DNA of 64,000 nucleotides, from positions 35,898,001 through 35,962,000 of the forward strand of contig NC_043015.1 in the NCBI RefSeq assembly GCF_006345805.1, in the 5' to 3' direction. This document shows positions 63,487 to 64,000 of this stretch, piece by piece; the stretch's first letter is position 1; each line of letters begins with the position of its first letter. The notes below the pieces were generated by a model. The model searched no databases. It had not been told where the DNA came from and saw only the letters and a list, made by a program, of their open reading frames with translations. The stretch comes from Octopus sinensis (lineage: Eukaryota). The position numbers and the translations under genes are program-made.

Positions 63487-63705
63487 TGCTAAGGTGACGA
63501 GTTTGAAGGATCGTTTGAACACCTGGCAAGATTCGTTGCGGCATTTCGTCTTTCTTTGTGTTCAGAGCTCAAATACCGCCAAGGTCGACTTCGATATTAT
63601 TCCTTTTGGATGTTAATAGAATAAGTATTAGTTGAGCACTGAGGTCGATGTAATCAACTTATCCCACCCCCTAAATTGCTGGCCTGTGCCAAATCTTGAA
63701 ATAAA
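63487..63705 (+). mobile_element. SINE family A, decayed
   Basis: GGTGACGAGTTTGAAGGATCGTT...GAGCTCAAATACCGCCAAGGTCGAC...GCTGGCCTGTGCCAAATC. Confidence 0.75.
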
Positions 63706-64000
63706 TATCAATATGTCTGCTAAAAATATGAGTTTCTGCATTGTCGTGCATGTTTCTATTTTCAGTATGAAAAGAAGACTTTTGAATCAATGTCCATTTC
63801 CATAAGCAAAACCTATCTCTTTATATATCGTATCGCGCGTTTCTAATTGTGTGTTAATGGTGAATTAATTCTAGGCAAAATTGCCTCGATTTAATCTGTT
63901 ACGGTTAAATTTGAGATAATAGTATCGGACTACACTTTGACAGAACTGCAAGTCTGCACATGTTTAAATATGTTCTGACATTAGCTACGTGATATATGGT

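Overview
AT-rich, microsatellite-saturated eukaryotic DNA. The repeat repertoire (tRNA-head SINEs, (TAA)n-embedded R4/Dong-clade LINE pieces, long (TA)n/(CA)n/(TATC)n tracts) points to a coleoid cephalopod, most likely Octopus (inference from repeat families, not a database hit). No host protein-coding gene, rRNA, true tRNA gene or CRISPR array could be supported; nearly all long ORFs in the track are translations of simple repeats. Real coding potential is retroelement-derived: one 5'-truncated, lightly decayed HERO-like RLE non-LTR element (about 35944-39050; RT motif AFMDD and PD-(D/E)xK nuclease), many R4/Dong-like 3' fragments, and RTE-, CR1- and Tx1-like fragments. The main unexpected signal is non-coding: six near-intact type I hammerhead ribozyme (HHR) motifs plus several decayed ones. 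All six have a GUA cleavage site, most have a palindromic stem III and an unusually long (51-68 nt) stem II, and all sit in short non-coding elements next to (TA)n arrays. Three lie in a ~490-bp repeat array (14630-15885) with one inverted and two direct units, which predicts release of a 489-nt structured retrozyme-like RNA. All folds were worked out by eye and none is computed or tested. Irregular homopolymer/TA tracts suggest long-read consensus noise, so inverted structures need read-level confirmation.
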